The notes under the pieces were generated by a model. It ran no database searches. It was not told the DNA's origin and was given only the letters and a program-made list of their open reading frames with translations. 64,000 nucleotides of DNA. It comes from an uncultured Actinomycetes bacterium. GTDB lineage: Bacteria; Actinomycetota; Thermoleophilia; Gaiellales; Gaiellaceae. Positions 9,315 to 17,801 of this stretch are shown piece by piece (the stretch's first letter is position 1; each line of letters begins with the position of its first letter). Location of the stretch: positions 14,514 to 78,513 of the forward strand of contig CAWFKM010000021.1 in assembly GCA_963816455.1 (NCBI GenBank). Direction: 5' to 3'. The translations under genes were made by a program, and so were the position numbers.

Positions 9315-10520
9315 CGCGAGCAGCGCGATCAGGAAGTCCCACGGCACGCGGTAGCGCGTCTCGCCGACGAACAGCATCGCGACGAGGGTCTGGTAGCCGA
9401 GCATGGTCAGCGCGAGCCCGGCGAAGAACCGCGGCACGACGAACAACCCGATGATGCCGAGGATGTAGAGCGGGATCATGTACGCGGGCTCCGCGATCGA
9501 GCGCATCGTGTCGAGCCAGGTCCCGGCGCCGGGGAGATCCGTCACGTCGACGACCGACGGCTGCCAGAAGAACTTCGCGCCGATCGGGACGAGCTTCGCC
9601 TTGTCGCCGGGATGGTGGACCCAGAACGAGATCACCTTGTGCTGAAAGAACGACGCCTGTGCGCACTCGTCGTACGGCAGCACGACGCCCGTGGCAACCC
9701 AGTGGTCGTAGACGTCCTGCGGGCTCGGCGGGTACGACTTCGGCTGCGGCACGTGGTCGATCCACTGCCCGCTCTTCAGCACCGCGTACGTGTTGACGTT
9801 GTTCGCCTTCCAGAGCGCGCGCGAGTCCGTCGTGATCGTCCAGCAGCCGACGTCGGCCTTCGTCCGCACGACCCACGGCATCACGACGACGACCGCGGCG
9901 ACGAGCACCGCGCCCGAGGCGAGCAGCGTCCGGCGCGAGAGCCCCGCGCGAACGAGCAGGTACGCGACGACAACGAGCGGCAGCGCGTCGAGCCGCACGT
10001 TGCCGAGGATCGCGAGCCCGAGCACGGCGCCGAGCGGCAGCGCGCGCCGCCAGCCGAACCGCTCCGCCGCCCACAGCGTCAGGAACACCGTCGACGCCGC
10101 GAGGAAGTGGTCGAGGATCTCGCGGTTCATGTGGACGTCGTGCCAGACGAGGTACGGATGCAGCGCGACTGCGAGACCCGCGATCAGCCCGATCGTCGGC
10201 GTCAGCCAGCGCCGCCCGATCTGCCAGACGACGAGCGTCGTGCAGACCGCGACGGCGATCTGCGCGAGCCCGACGACCTCCCAGTGGCGGCCGAAGATCC
10301 AGTAGAGCGGGATCAGGAACCAGCCGTAGAGCGGCTGCGTGTACGCCGACGGATGGCCCGGGATGAAGCCGTACGTGCCGTTGGCGAGGTACATCCGCGC
10401 GAAGATGTCGCCCTTGTCGACGTTCGCGGAGACGAGTGTCCCGCGAACGTGCAGGAGCGCAGCGAGGCGCGGCAGCGCCGTCGCGGCAACGAGGAGAAGG
10501 GCGGCGGTGCGGGTGCGCAC
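9231..10520 (-). CDS. GT-C-like (GT39/ArnT-like) integral membrane glycosyltransferase; intact
   Basis: Single 429-aa ORF with many hydrophobic spans. QPLYGWFLIPLYWIFGRHWEVVGLAQIAV..LGLAILGNVRLDALPLVV..HPGDKAKLVPIGAKFFWQP..VGETRYRVPWDFLIALL. Paralogue of 5480..6775. Confidence 0.8.
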   Translation of the reverse strand: MRTRTAALLLVAATALPRLAALLHVRGTLVSANVDKGDIFARMYLANGTYGFIPGHPSAYTQPLYGWFLIPLYWIFGRHWEVVGLAQIAVAVCTTLVVWQIGRRWLTPTIGLIAGLAVALHPYLVWHDVHMNREILDHFLAASTVFLTLWAAERFGWRRALPLGAVLGLAILGNVRLDALPLVVVAYLLVRAGLSRRTLLASGAVLVAAVVVVMPWVVRTKADVGCWTITTDSRALWKANNVNTYAVLKSGQWIDHVPQPKSYPPSPQDVYDHWVATGVVLPYDECAQASFFQHKVISFWVHHPGDKAKLVPIGAKFFWQPSVVDVTDLPGAGTWLDTMRSIAEPAYMIPLYILGIIGLFVVPRFFAGLALTMLGYQTLVAMLFVGETRYRVPWDFLIALLASAALVDIVRRIRERKRVGGGSAPTEQA

Positions 10521-10570
10521 GGGCGATCCAGCGTACCGCGGCCACCTGCAGGATCCTCACAGGAGCGGGG

Positions 10571-10576
10571 TAGAAT
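10571..10576 (+). promoter_or_regulatory. Candidate -10 hexamer TAGAAT for a near-leaderless transcript of the sugar transferase gene
   Basis: GGGGTAGAATCGACGGCTCGTG. The hexamer ends 9 nt before the GTG at 10586, inside the 65-nt divergent intergenic region between 10520 (-) and 10586 (+). I recognised no -35 element. Confidence 0.3.
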
Positions 10577-10585
10577 CGACGGCTC

Positions 10586-12118
10586 GTGGCGACCAAGCCT
10601 GTAGTCGGGCGCGCCGACCCGGACGTCGACGGCGCCGGTGACGCCGCCCCGCCCGGACCTCCGCAACACGCCGCGGACATCCGCTCGGTGCGCCTGGTGC
10701 CGTCGCTCGGCCAGCTCCGCGGATTCGCGCGACGCGCCCTCAGCATCGCCGCGCTCATCGTCGTCGACCTGTCCGGGCTTGCCGGCTCGCTGTATCTCGC
10801 GCTTGTCCTGCGCGAGCTCTACTACGGTGAGCGGCCGATCCTCTGGGGGCTGCCGTGGGACGCGGAGCAGAAGTGGCTGCCGTTCCTCGTGCTCGTCACG
10901 GTGCTCGTGTTCTGGCGCGCCGGCCTCTACGCACCGCGCGAGCAGCGCGGCGGCGCCGGGCGCGTCGTGTCGTCGCTTCTGCTTGTGATGGTGATCACGC
11001 TCGCGTTCGCGGTCGGCACCGGCTACCAGCACACGACGTTCGGGCTCTACGTCACGGCGTTCGTGCTCGCGGCGATCGTGATCTCGCTGCTCCGCTCCAG
11101 CTACGAGGTCGTGACGAGCGACGTCTGGCGCGTCGCAGGCGCGCGTCGCCGCGCGGTGCTCGTCGGCGAGGGCGAGCGGCTCGCCGCTCTCCGCCGCGTG
11201 CTCGGACAGGCCCGCGGCGGGATCGACTACGAGTTCGTCGGCGTCCTCTCGTCGGACGGCGAGGTCGCCGGACTGCCGGTGCTCGGCACGCTCTCCGACC
11301 TGCAGACCGTGCTTCAGGAGCAGCCGCTCGACGAGTTGATCGTGAGCGGCGTCGACCTCCGCGAGGACCAGCTGCTCGACCTCGTCGAGGAGGCGCACCG
11401 CTACGGCGTCAAGGTGCGGCTCGCGCCGACGACGGCCGAGCTGCTGCGGCAGCGCGCGGAGTACGTCGCCGGCCAGGGCGTCCCGCTCTTCGAGCTGCGG
11501 CCGCCGGTCGTCGCCGGGCTCGACTGGGCGGTGAAGCGTGCGTTCGACATCGTCGTCAGCGCACTGCTGATCGTGATCGCGTCGCCGGTGTGGGCGGTGA
11601 TCGCGATCTGGGTGAAGCTCGACTCGCCGGGGCCGGTGTTCTACCGCGACCGCCGCATCGGGCTCGCCGAGCGCGAGTTCGGGATGTTCAAGTTCCGCTC
11701 GATGTACACCGACGCCGCGGCGCGCCAGGCCGGGCTCGAGACGTCGAACGAGGCATCGGGGCCGCTGTTCAAGATCAAGGACGACCCGCGCGTCACGAAG
11801 GTCGGCAGGATCCTCCGCCGCTATTCGATCGACGAGATGCCGCAGGTGCTGAACGTGCTGCGCGGCGAGATGTCGCTCGTCGGCCCGCGGCCGCTGCCGC
11901 TGCGTGACTACGTGCAGCTCGAGGACTGGCACCGCAAGCGCTACCTCGTACTGCCCGGGATGACGGGGCTGTGGCAGGTGTCGGGCCGGATCGACCTCAG
12001 CTTCGACGACCTCGTGCGCCTCGACTTCTACTATCTGGAGAACTGGTCGATCTGGCTCGACATCTCGATCCTCGCGAAGACGCTTCCCGCCGTGCTCGCG
12101 CGGAGAGGAGCGTACTGA
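10586..12118 (+). CDS. Polyprenyl-phosphate hexose-1-phosphate transferase (WbaP/EpsL-type bacterial sugar transferase with N-terminal TM + CoA_binding_3 module); intact
   Basis: 510-aa ORF. C-terminal catalytic block: DSPGPVFYRDRRIGLAEREFGMFKFRSMYTDAA..GPLFKIKDDPRVTKVGRILRRYSIDEMPQVLNVLRGEMSLVGPRPLP. Confidence 0.9.
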   Translation: MATKPVVGRADPDVDGAGDAAPPGPPQHAADIRSVRLVPSLGQLRGFARRALSIAALIVVDLSGLAGSLYLALVLRELYYGERPILWGLPWDAEQKWLPFLVLVTVLVFWRAGLYAPREQRGGAGRVVSSLLLVMVITLAFAVGTGYQHTTFGLYVTAFVLAAIVISLLRSSYEVVTSDVWRVAGARRRAVLVGEGERLAALRRVLGQARGGIDYEFVGVLSSDGEVAGLPVLGTLSDLQTVLQEQPLDELIVSGVDLREDQLLDLVEEAHRYGVKVRLAPTTAELLRQRAEYVAGQGVPLFELRPPVVAGLDWAVKRAFDIVVSALLIVIASPVWAVIAIWVKLDSPGPVFYRDRRIGLAEREFGMFKFRSMYTDAAARQAGLETSNEASGPLFKIKDDPRVTKVGRILRRYSIDEMPQVLNVLRGEMSLVGPRPLPLRDYVQLEDWHRKRYLVLPGMTGLWQVSGRIDLSFDDLVRLDFYYLENWSIWLDISILAKTLPAVLARRGAY

Positions 12119-13347
12119 GGCTCCGCCGCGCCGCTCTTCTTCTCCTGTGCGTAGCGCTGCTGCCCGCCGTCATCGGAGCTGTCGGCGCGCGCGCCGCGAC
12201 GACACCGTCGAAACCGCTGCAGCTCGGCCTCGTCGACGACAGCTTCATCTACCACTCGATCGACTCGCTCAACGTCGCGCTCGATCTCGGCCTGCGCACG
12301 GTGCGCGTGAACGCGTTGTGGAGCCCCGGCGGACTGCGCTACGCCGACGCGGTGCACACGCTCGCGGAGAACGCGCACGGCTGGGATGTGCAGATCGTCG
12401 TCGCGTTCTATCCCGGCCGCGCGCGCGACGTTCCGCTGACGGATGCGTCGCGGCAGTCGTTCTGCCAGGCCGCGGCGCACCTCGTGCTTGCGTATCCGCA
12501 GATCAGCTCGATCATCATCGGCAACGAGCCGAACTCGAGCGCGTACTGGCAGCCGCAGTTCAACGCGGACGGAACTCCGGCGTCGCCGCAGGCGTACTTC
12601 CAGACGGCCGCTCTCTGCTACGACCTTCTGCACGCCGCGCGGCCGGCGATCAACGTCGTCGGCCCGGCGACCTCGTCGAACGGCAACGACAACCCGCACG
12701 CGGCGACGCACGCCGGCCTCTCGCCTGGCTCGTTCATCGCAGCGCTCGGCAAGGCGTATCGGGCGTCGGGACGGAACAAGCCGATCTTCGACACGATCGA
12801 CCATCACCCGTACCCGCTCAACGCTGCCGAGCGGCCGTGGAAGAAGCACGCCGACAAGCGCGTGATCGGCGAGGGCGACGAGGCGCGGCTCGTCGCCGCG
12901 TACCAGAGTGCGTTCGCCGGTACCGCGCAACCGGCTCCCGGCCGCTGCGTCGCGGGCCGCTGCGTCTCGATCTGGTACACGGAGGACGGCTTCCAGACGA
13001 AGCCCGACGCGGCGCACGCGGGCCTCTACCGCGGCACGGAGCCGGACAAGCTCGCGCTTCCGGCCGACAGCCCGCCCGAGACGGGACCGCTCCCGGCCGC
13101 CGGCTCGCGCGCGCCGAGCCAGACGCAGCAGCTCCGCGATGCGGTCTCGCTCGCCGCCTGCCAGCGGTACGTGACCGCGTTCTACTCGTTCCAGCTCACG
13201 GACGAGATCTCGCTCCCCGGCTGGCAGTCGGGGCTGCTCTGGGCCGACGGCTCGCACAAGCCGAGCTACGACCTCTTCAAGTCGCTGACGTACGCTGCCG
13301 CCGCCGGGAAGATCGACTGCAGCCGGTACGCGGCGGCTCTCCGCTAA
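12115..13347 (+). CDS. Secreted clan GH-A (TIM-barrel) glycoside hydrolase-like protein
   Basis: ORF 11971..13347 frame. Signal-like peptide LRLRRAALLLLCVALLPAVIGAVGARA. Acid/base-type motif IIIGNEPN and nucleophile-type motif SIWYTEDGF. No ATG/GTG/TTG precedes the signal peptide. A CTG at 12115 overlaps the upstream stop (CTGA), so the start is uncertain. Confidence 0.6.
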   Translation: MRLRRAALLLLCVALLPAVIGAVGARAATTPSKPLQLGLVDDSFIYHSIDSLNVALDLGLRTVRVNALWSPGGLRYADAVHTLAENAHGWDVQIVVAFYPGRARDVPLTDASRQSFCQAAAHLVLAYPQISSIIIGNEPNSSAYWQPQFNADGTPASPQAYFQTAALCYDLLHAARPAINVVGPATSSNGNDNPHAATHAGLSPGSFIAALGKAYRASGRNKPIFDTIDHHPYPLNAAERPWKKHADKRVIGEGDEARLVAAYQSAFAGTAQPAPGRCVAGRCVSIWYTEDGFQTKPDAAHAGLYRGTEPDKLALPADSPPETGPLPAAGSRAPSQTQQLRDAVSLAACQRYVTAFYSFQLTDEISLPGWQSGLLWADGSHKPSYDLFKSLTYAAAAGKIDCSRYAAALR

Positions 13348-13373
13348 CCGTTCCTTCAGATGTCATCGTCAGA

Positions 13374-14597
13374 ATGGGCGCGATGAAGGCGCCCAAGATC
13401 CTCGCCGTCGCCTCGGCGGTCGATCTCGACTTCCGCTACGGCTGCACGCCCGCGTGGTGGCAGCTCTGGAAGGGGATGGCCGAGGCCGGCATCGACCTGA
13501 TCGTGACGCCGTACCGCGGGCGCCCGGTCGAGTCGCCGTGGTGGCGGACCGCGCCGAATCCGATGTACCGCGAGGCGGAGGCATTCGCCGCCGCGCGTGA
13601 CACCGTGGCGCGGCTGAAGGGCGACCGCTACCTGCGGCGCGCGGAGTCGCATCCGGAGGACGGGCGCGCCGACAAGGTCGTGCGCGAGGTGATCTGGCGG
13701 ACAGTCACGCCGCGCTGGCGCCGCCACATCGAGTCGATCCTCGAGCGCGAGGGCGACGTCGACGCGATCGTCGTGTTCACCGTGCCGATGAGTCACTTCC
13801 GCGGCATTCCGACAGCGCTGCGCGAGCGCTTCGACGTGCCGGTCATCTTCTACGACGGCGACGTGCCGATGAGCCTGCCCGAGTTCGGCGGCATGGACAC
13901 CGGCTTCAACTACTACCACGGCGCCGACCCGTCGGAGTACGACCTCGTGCTCTCGAACTCGGAGGGCGGCATCCCGCGGCTGCTCGAGCTCGGCGCGCGC
14001 CGCGCGGAGGCGCTCTTCTGGGCGATCGACCCCGAGCTGTTCGCGCCGCAACCGGTCGAGAAAAGTGCCGACGTCTTCTTCTACGGCTACGGCGACAAGT
14101 TCCGCCGAGAGTGGACGCGCGACCTCGTCGGCGAGCCGAGCCGCCGCCTGCCGGACGTCGACTTCGCGCTCGGCGGCCGTGACTTCCGCGGCGACACCGG
14201 CGCGGCACGGCTGCTCGGCGACGTGCCGTACAACGTCTTCCCGCGCGCGATCTCGGCGGCGCGCGTGAATCTCAACGTGACGCGCCGCTCGCACGCGTCG
14301 GTGTCGGCGTCGTCGACCGTGCGGCCGTTCGAGCTCGCTGGGTGCGGCGCGGCGATCGTCTCGAACCCGGTCGAGGGAATGGACCGTTTCTTCGAGCCCG
14401 GCCGCGAGCTGCTCGTCGTCGCCGACGCGGACGAGGCGACGGCGGCGTACCGCGAGCTGCTCGCCGATCCCGCGCAGGCGGAGGAGCTCGGCCGCCGCGC
14501 ACGCGAGCGCGTCCTCGACGAGCACACGTACGCGCACCGCGCTCGCCGCCTGCTCGAGCTGCTCGACCTCGGCGTTCCGGAGACCGCGCGTGTCTGA
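13374..14597 (+). CDS. CgeB-like / DUF3880-type glycosyltransferase; intact
   Basis: ORF 12147..14597 frame, from the ATG at 13374 (or 13383). MKAPKILAVASAVDLDFRYGCTPAWWQLWKGM..IFYDGDVPMSLPEFGG..VFFYGYGDKFRREW..VNLNVTRRSHASVSASSTVRPFELAGCGAAIVSNP. Confidence 0.65.
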   Translation: MGAMKAPKILAVASAVDLDFRYGCTPAWWQLWKGMAEAGIDLIVTPYRGRPVESPWWRTAPNPMYREAEAFAAARDTVARLKGDRYLRRAESHPEDGRADKVVREVIWRTVTPRWRRHIESILEREGDVDAIVVFTVPMSHFRGIPTALRERFDVPVIFYDGDVPMSLPEFGGMDTGFNYYHGADPSEYDLVLSNSEGGIPRLLELGARRAEALFWAIDPELFAPQPVEKSADVFFYGYGDKFRREWTRDLVGEPSRRLPDVDFALGGRDFRGDTGAARLLGDVPYNVFPRAISAARVNLNVTRRSHASVSASSTVRPFELAGCGAAIVSNPVEGMDRFFEPGRELLVVADADEATAAYRELLADPAQAEELGRRARERVLDEHTYAHRARRLLELLDLGVPETARV

Positions 14598-15340
14598 CCC
14601 GGTCGCGCTCGGCGCAGCTGCGCCGTGTCGCGATCGTCCCCGCGCTGAACGAAGAGCACACCGTGCCGCGCGTGATCGACGAGCTGCGCGCATTCGATCC
14701 CGGCCTCGACATCGTCGTGATCGACGACGGCTCGAGCGACCGCACGGCGGAAGTCGCGGCCGCGAAAGGCGCGCACGTGCTCCGGCTCCCGTTCAACCTC
14801 GGCATCGGCGGCTCCGTGCAGACCGGCTTCCGCTACGCGTACGAGAACGGCTACGAGCTCGCGGTGCGCGTCGACGGCGACGGCCAGCACGATCCCGCGC
14901 AGCTCGGCAAGGTCGTCGAGCCGGTGCTCCGCGACGAGGCCGACATCGTCGTCGGCTCCCGCTTCGCCGCGCAGGACGGCGACGGCTACAAGTCGTCGCG
15001 CACGCGCCGCATCGGCATCCGCATCCTCGCAAGCGTCGTCTCGCGGATCGTCGGCCGGCGCATCACCGACCCGACGTCGGGCTTCCAGGCGCTGAACCGC
15101 CGCGGGATCACGCTGTTCGCGCGCGACTACCCGCACGACTATCCGGAGGTCGAGGCGGCGGTGATGGTGCACCGCCACAAGCTGCGCCTGTGCGAGGTTC
15201 CGGTGACGATGCGCGAGCGCGGCGGCGGCAAGTCGTCGATCACCGCGCTCGGCTCGATCTACTACATGGTGAAGGTGCTGCTCGCGCTGTTCGTCGGCCT
15301 CTTCCGCCGCAACGTCGTCCCGCAGGAGGATCTGCAATGA
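14594..15340 (+). CDS. GT2-family glycosyltransferase (DPM1/Ppm1/GtrB-like polyprenyl-phosphate sugar synthase type)
   Basis: ORF 14342..15340 frame. VAIVPALNEEHTVPRVIDEL..VVIDDGSSDRT..VRVDGDGQHDP..SGFQALNRR. The only in-frame candidate start is the CTG at 14594 overlapping the upstream TGA (CTGA). The alternative is the GTG at 14590 plus a frame break near 14612. Confidence 0.8.
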   Translation: MTRSRSAQLRRVAIVPALNEEHTVPRVIDELRAFDPGLDIVVIDDGSSDRTAEVAAAKGAHVLRLPFNLGIGGSVQTGFRYAYENGYELAVRVDGDGQHDPAQLGKVVEPVLRDEADIVVGSRFAAQDGDGYKSSRTRRIGIRILASVVSRIVGRRITDPTSGFQALNRRGITLFARDYPHDYPEVEAAVMVHRHKLRLCEVPVTMRERGGGKSSITALGSIYYMVKVLLALFVGLFRRNVVPQEDLQ

Positions 15341-15689
15341 CTCCGCTCACCGTCTCGATCGCCGGCGCGATCGCGTCGTTCGCTCTCGTTCTCGTCGTGC
15401 TCGAGCTGATCCGCAGCCGGCGGCTGCGCGAGCGCTACGCGCTGCTGTGGCTCGTCACCGGGATCGTGCTCTGCGCGCTCTCGGCGTGGCGCGCCGGCCT
15501 GAACACGATCGCCGGCTGGGTCGGCGTGCGCAGCTACCCGCCCGCGGTGCTGTTCGCCGTCGGGTTCCTGTTCGTCCTCGCCGTGCTGCTGCACTACTCG
15601 ACGGTGATCTCGCGGCTCTCGGATCAGAACACCGTGCTCGCGCAGCGGCTCGCGCTGCTCGAGCAGGAGCTCAGGGAGCCGCGTCGTAG
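15337..15689 (+). CDS. DUF2304-like small membrane protein (usual partner of the preceding GT2 type)
   Basis: The ATG at 15337 overlaps the GT2 stop (ATGA). MTPLTVSIAGAIASFALVLVVLELIRSRRLRERYALLWLVTGIVLCAL..YPPAVLFAVGFLFVLAVLLHYSTVISRLSDQNTVLAQRLALLEQELR. As sequenced there is no stop until 16491. One extra G at 15674-15676 gives a stop at 15687-15689. Confidence 0.65.
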
Positions 15690-16611
15690 TCTCGCCGTGC
15701 TCGACCGTCTCGGCGACGAAGTAGAGCGGCCGCTGCTTCGTCTCCTCGAAGATGCGCGCGATGTACTGGCCGACGATGCCGATCCCGAGCATCTGCATGC
15801 CGCCGAGCAGGAGTATGACGGCGAGCAGCGACGTCCAGCCCTGCGGCGCGTTGTCGGTGAAGAACCGGACGTAGAGCGTCCACGCGAGCACGCCGAGGCA
15901 GAACACGAGCATCACGGCGCCGAGGCGCGTCACGAGCCGGATCGGCGCGATCGAGAACGACGTGATCCCGTCCGAGGCGAGCCGCATCAGCTTTCCGAGC
16001 GGATACTTGGACTTCCCGGCGAAGCGCGCGTCGCGCCGGTAGCCGACGCCGGTCTGGCTGTAGCCGATCCAGCTCGTCATGCCGCGGAGATAGCGCGCGC
16101 GCTCCGGCATCCGCGCGAGCGCGTCGACGGCGCGGCGCGACAGCAGGCGGAAGTCGCCGGTGTTCGCGGGGATGTCGGTTGCGGTCATCCGGCGGAAGGC
16201 CTTGTAGTACGCCGAGATCGCGAGCAGCCGCAGGCGCGACTCTCCCTCGCGCTGCTCGCGCACCGCGTAGACGACGTCGAAGCCCTCCTGCCAGCGCGCG
16301 ACGAGCTCGGGGATCACCTCCGGCGGGTCCTGGAGGTCGCCGTCGATGAGCACGACCGCGTCGCCGCGCGCGGCGTCGAGCCCGGCGGTGAGCGCGACCT
16401 GGTGGCCGAAGTTCCGCGAGAGGCGCAGCAGGCGGATCCGCTCGTCGGCGGCCGCGAGCTCGCGGAGCGCGTCCCAGGAGCCGTCGGATGAGCCGTCGTC
16501 GACGAGCACGAGCTCGTACGGGCCGAGCGGCGCGAGCGCGGCGGTCAGCCGCCGGACGAGCTCCGCGACGGACTCGCGCTCGTTGTAGATCGGGGAGACG
16601 ACGCTCAGCAC
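15671..16611 (-). CDS. GT2-family glycosyltransferase (ArnC/GtrB/DPM1-like, with C-terminal TM helices)
   Basis: ORF 15262..16611. MLSVVSPIYNERESVAELV..LVDDGSSDGS..LSRNFGHQVALTAGL..VLIDGDLQDPPEVIPEL..GDFRLLSRR..AVILLLGGMQMLGIGIVGQYIARIFEETKQRPLYFVAE. The natural stop is missing as sequenced. The same one-base repair gives TGA at 15671-15673. Confidence 0.8.
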
Positions 16612-16621
16612 GGTGTCAACT

Positions 16622-17713
16622 CTAGAACGGAACCGCGTCCGCGAACAGGACGTACGCGGAAAGCGCGATCGCCGCGACCGCGGCGAGCTCGTCCTCCTCG
16701 ACCGCCGCGAGCGCCAGCGGCCAGAGCGCGTACCAGGGCCGGAGCAGGCTCGACGTGAGGCACAGCGCCGTCGCGGCGAGCGAGAGCCGGGCGCGGCCGG
16801 TCCGCCAGGCGAGCCGGAGAAGGACGACGTAGATCGCGACGAACACGAGCCCGGCGAGAGCGACGGCGTAGCGGTGGCGCAGGCCGAGCTGCGAGAGCCA
16901 GTGCACGCCGCCGAGCGGCGACGTCTGGTGCGCTCCCGCCGTCGCGCCGGAGATCCAGTGCAGGCCGAACGCGGCCGTTGCGACGACGATGATCGCGAGC
17001 GCGGCGCCGGCGAGCCCGAGCCACCAGCGCCGCGGCGCGCGGAACCGCCGCGCCGTGAGCTCCAGCGGCAGCAGGATCGCCGCGACCGGCTTGAACGCGC
17101 CGGAGATGCTCCACGCCGCGCCTCCCGCCGCGGCCGCCGGCGTCGCGACCGCGAACACGAGCAGCGCCGTCATCCACGCGTCGTTGTGCCCGCCGCCCGC
17201 GAAATGCAGTGCGACGAGCGGGCTCCAGCCGAGCAGCGCGACCGCCGCGGGGTTGCGCGTGCGCCGGGCGACGATGAGGACGGCCGCGAGGATCCCGAGC
17301 ACGGCGAAGATGCGATACGCGAGCTCGGCGCGCTTCGCGGAGGTGCCGGCGACGGCGGCCGGGATCGTCCCGAGCGCCGCCCACGCGGGGCCGTACTGCT
17401 CCGTTTCCGTCAGCCAGATCTCGGAGACGCTGTCGTGCGCAGGATCGTTCGGATACGTGTCCGGCGTCGCGCGGTACGGGTTCGCGTGGTGGACGATCAT
17501 GATCCGCGCCTGCGACCAGTAGAGGTAGACGTCCTTCGAGAGCAGCAGCGGCGCCGCGAGCGCGATCGCCTGGACGACGACGGCGACGATGAGCGCGGCG
17601 CGGAGTGAGAACGCGCCGCCGCGCGCGAGGTAGGCGCCGACGACGTAGAGGACGAACGCCGCGACGACTCCCCAGGTCCAGAACGCGTGCCACGGCTCGC
17701 CCGCGGGCGACAC
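16622..17713 (-). CDS. GT-C-like integral membrane protein (GT87/DUF2029-like mannosyltransferase type)
   Basis: 363-aa ORF with about 10 hydrophobic spans. HHANPYRATPDTYPNDPAHD..EQYGPAWAAL..LLGWSPLVALHFAGGGHNDAWM. The frame stays open upstream to about 17801 and encodes a further TM helix (TALVPAGLLVALALAVIGA) with no recognisable start, so the true 5' end is probably upstream. Confidence 0.6.
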   Translation of the reverse strand: MSPAGEPWHAFWTWGVVAAFVLYVVGAYLARGGAFSLRAALIVAVVVQAIALAAPLLLSKDVYLYWSQARIMIVHHANPYRATPDTYPNDPAHDSVSEIWLTETEQYGPAWAALGTIPAAVAGTSAKRAELAYRIFAVLGILAAVLIVARRTRNPAAVALLGWSPLVALHFAGGGHNDAWMTALLVFAVATPAAAAGGAAWSISGAFKPVAAILLPLELTARRFRAPRRWWLGLAGAALAIIVVATAAFGLHWISGATAGAHQTSPLGGVHWLSQLGLRHRYAVALAGLVFVAIYVVLLRLAWRTGRARLSLAATALCLTSSLLRPWYALWPLALAAVEEDELAAVAAIALSAYVLFADAVPF

Positions 17714-17801
17714 GGGAGAGGACGCCGACGGGGACGCGTGCCGCGCGCCGATGACGGCGAGCGCGAGCGCGACCAGGAGGCCGGCCGGGACGAGGGCGGT
17801 T

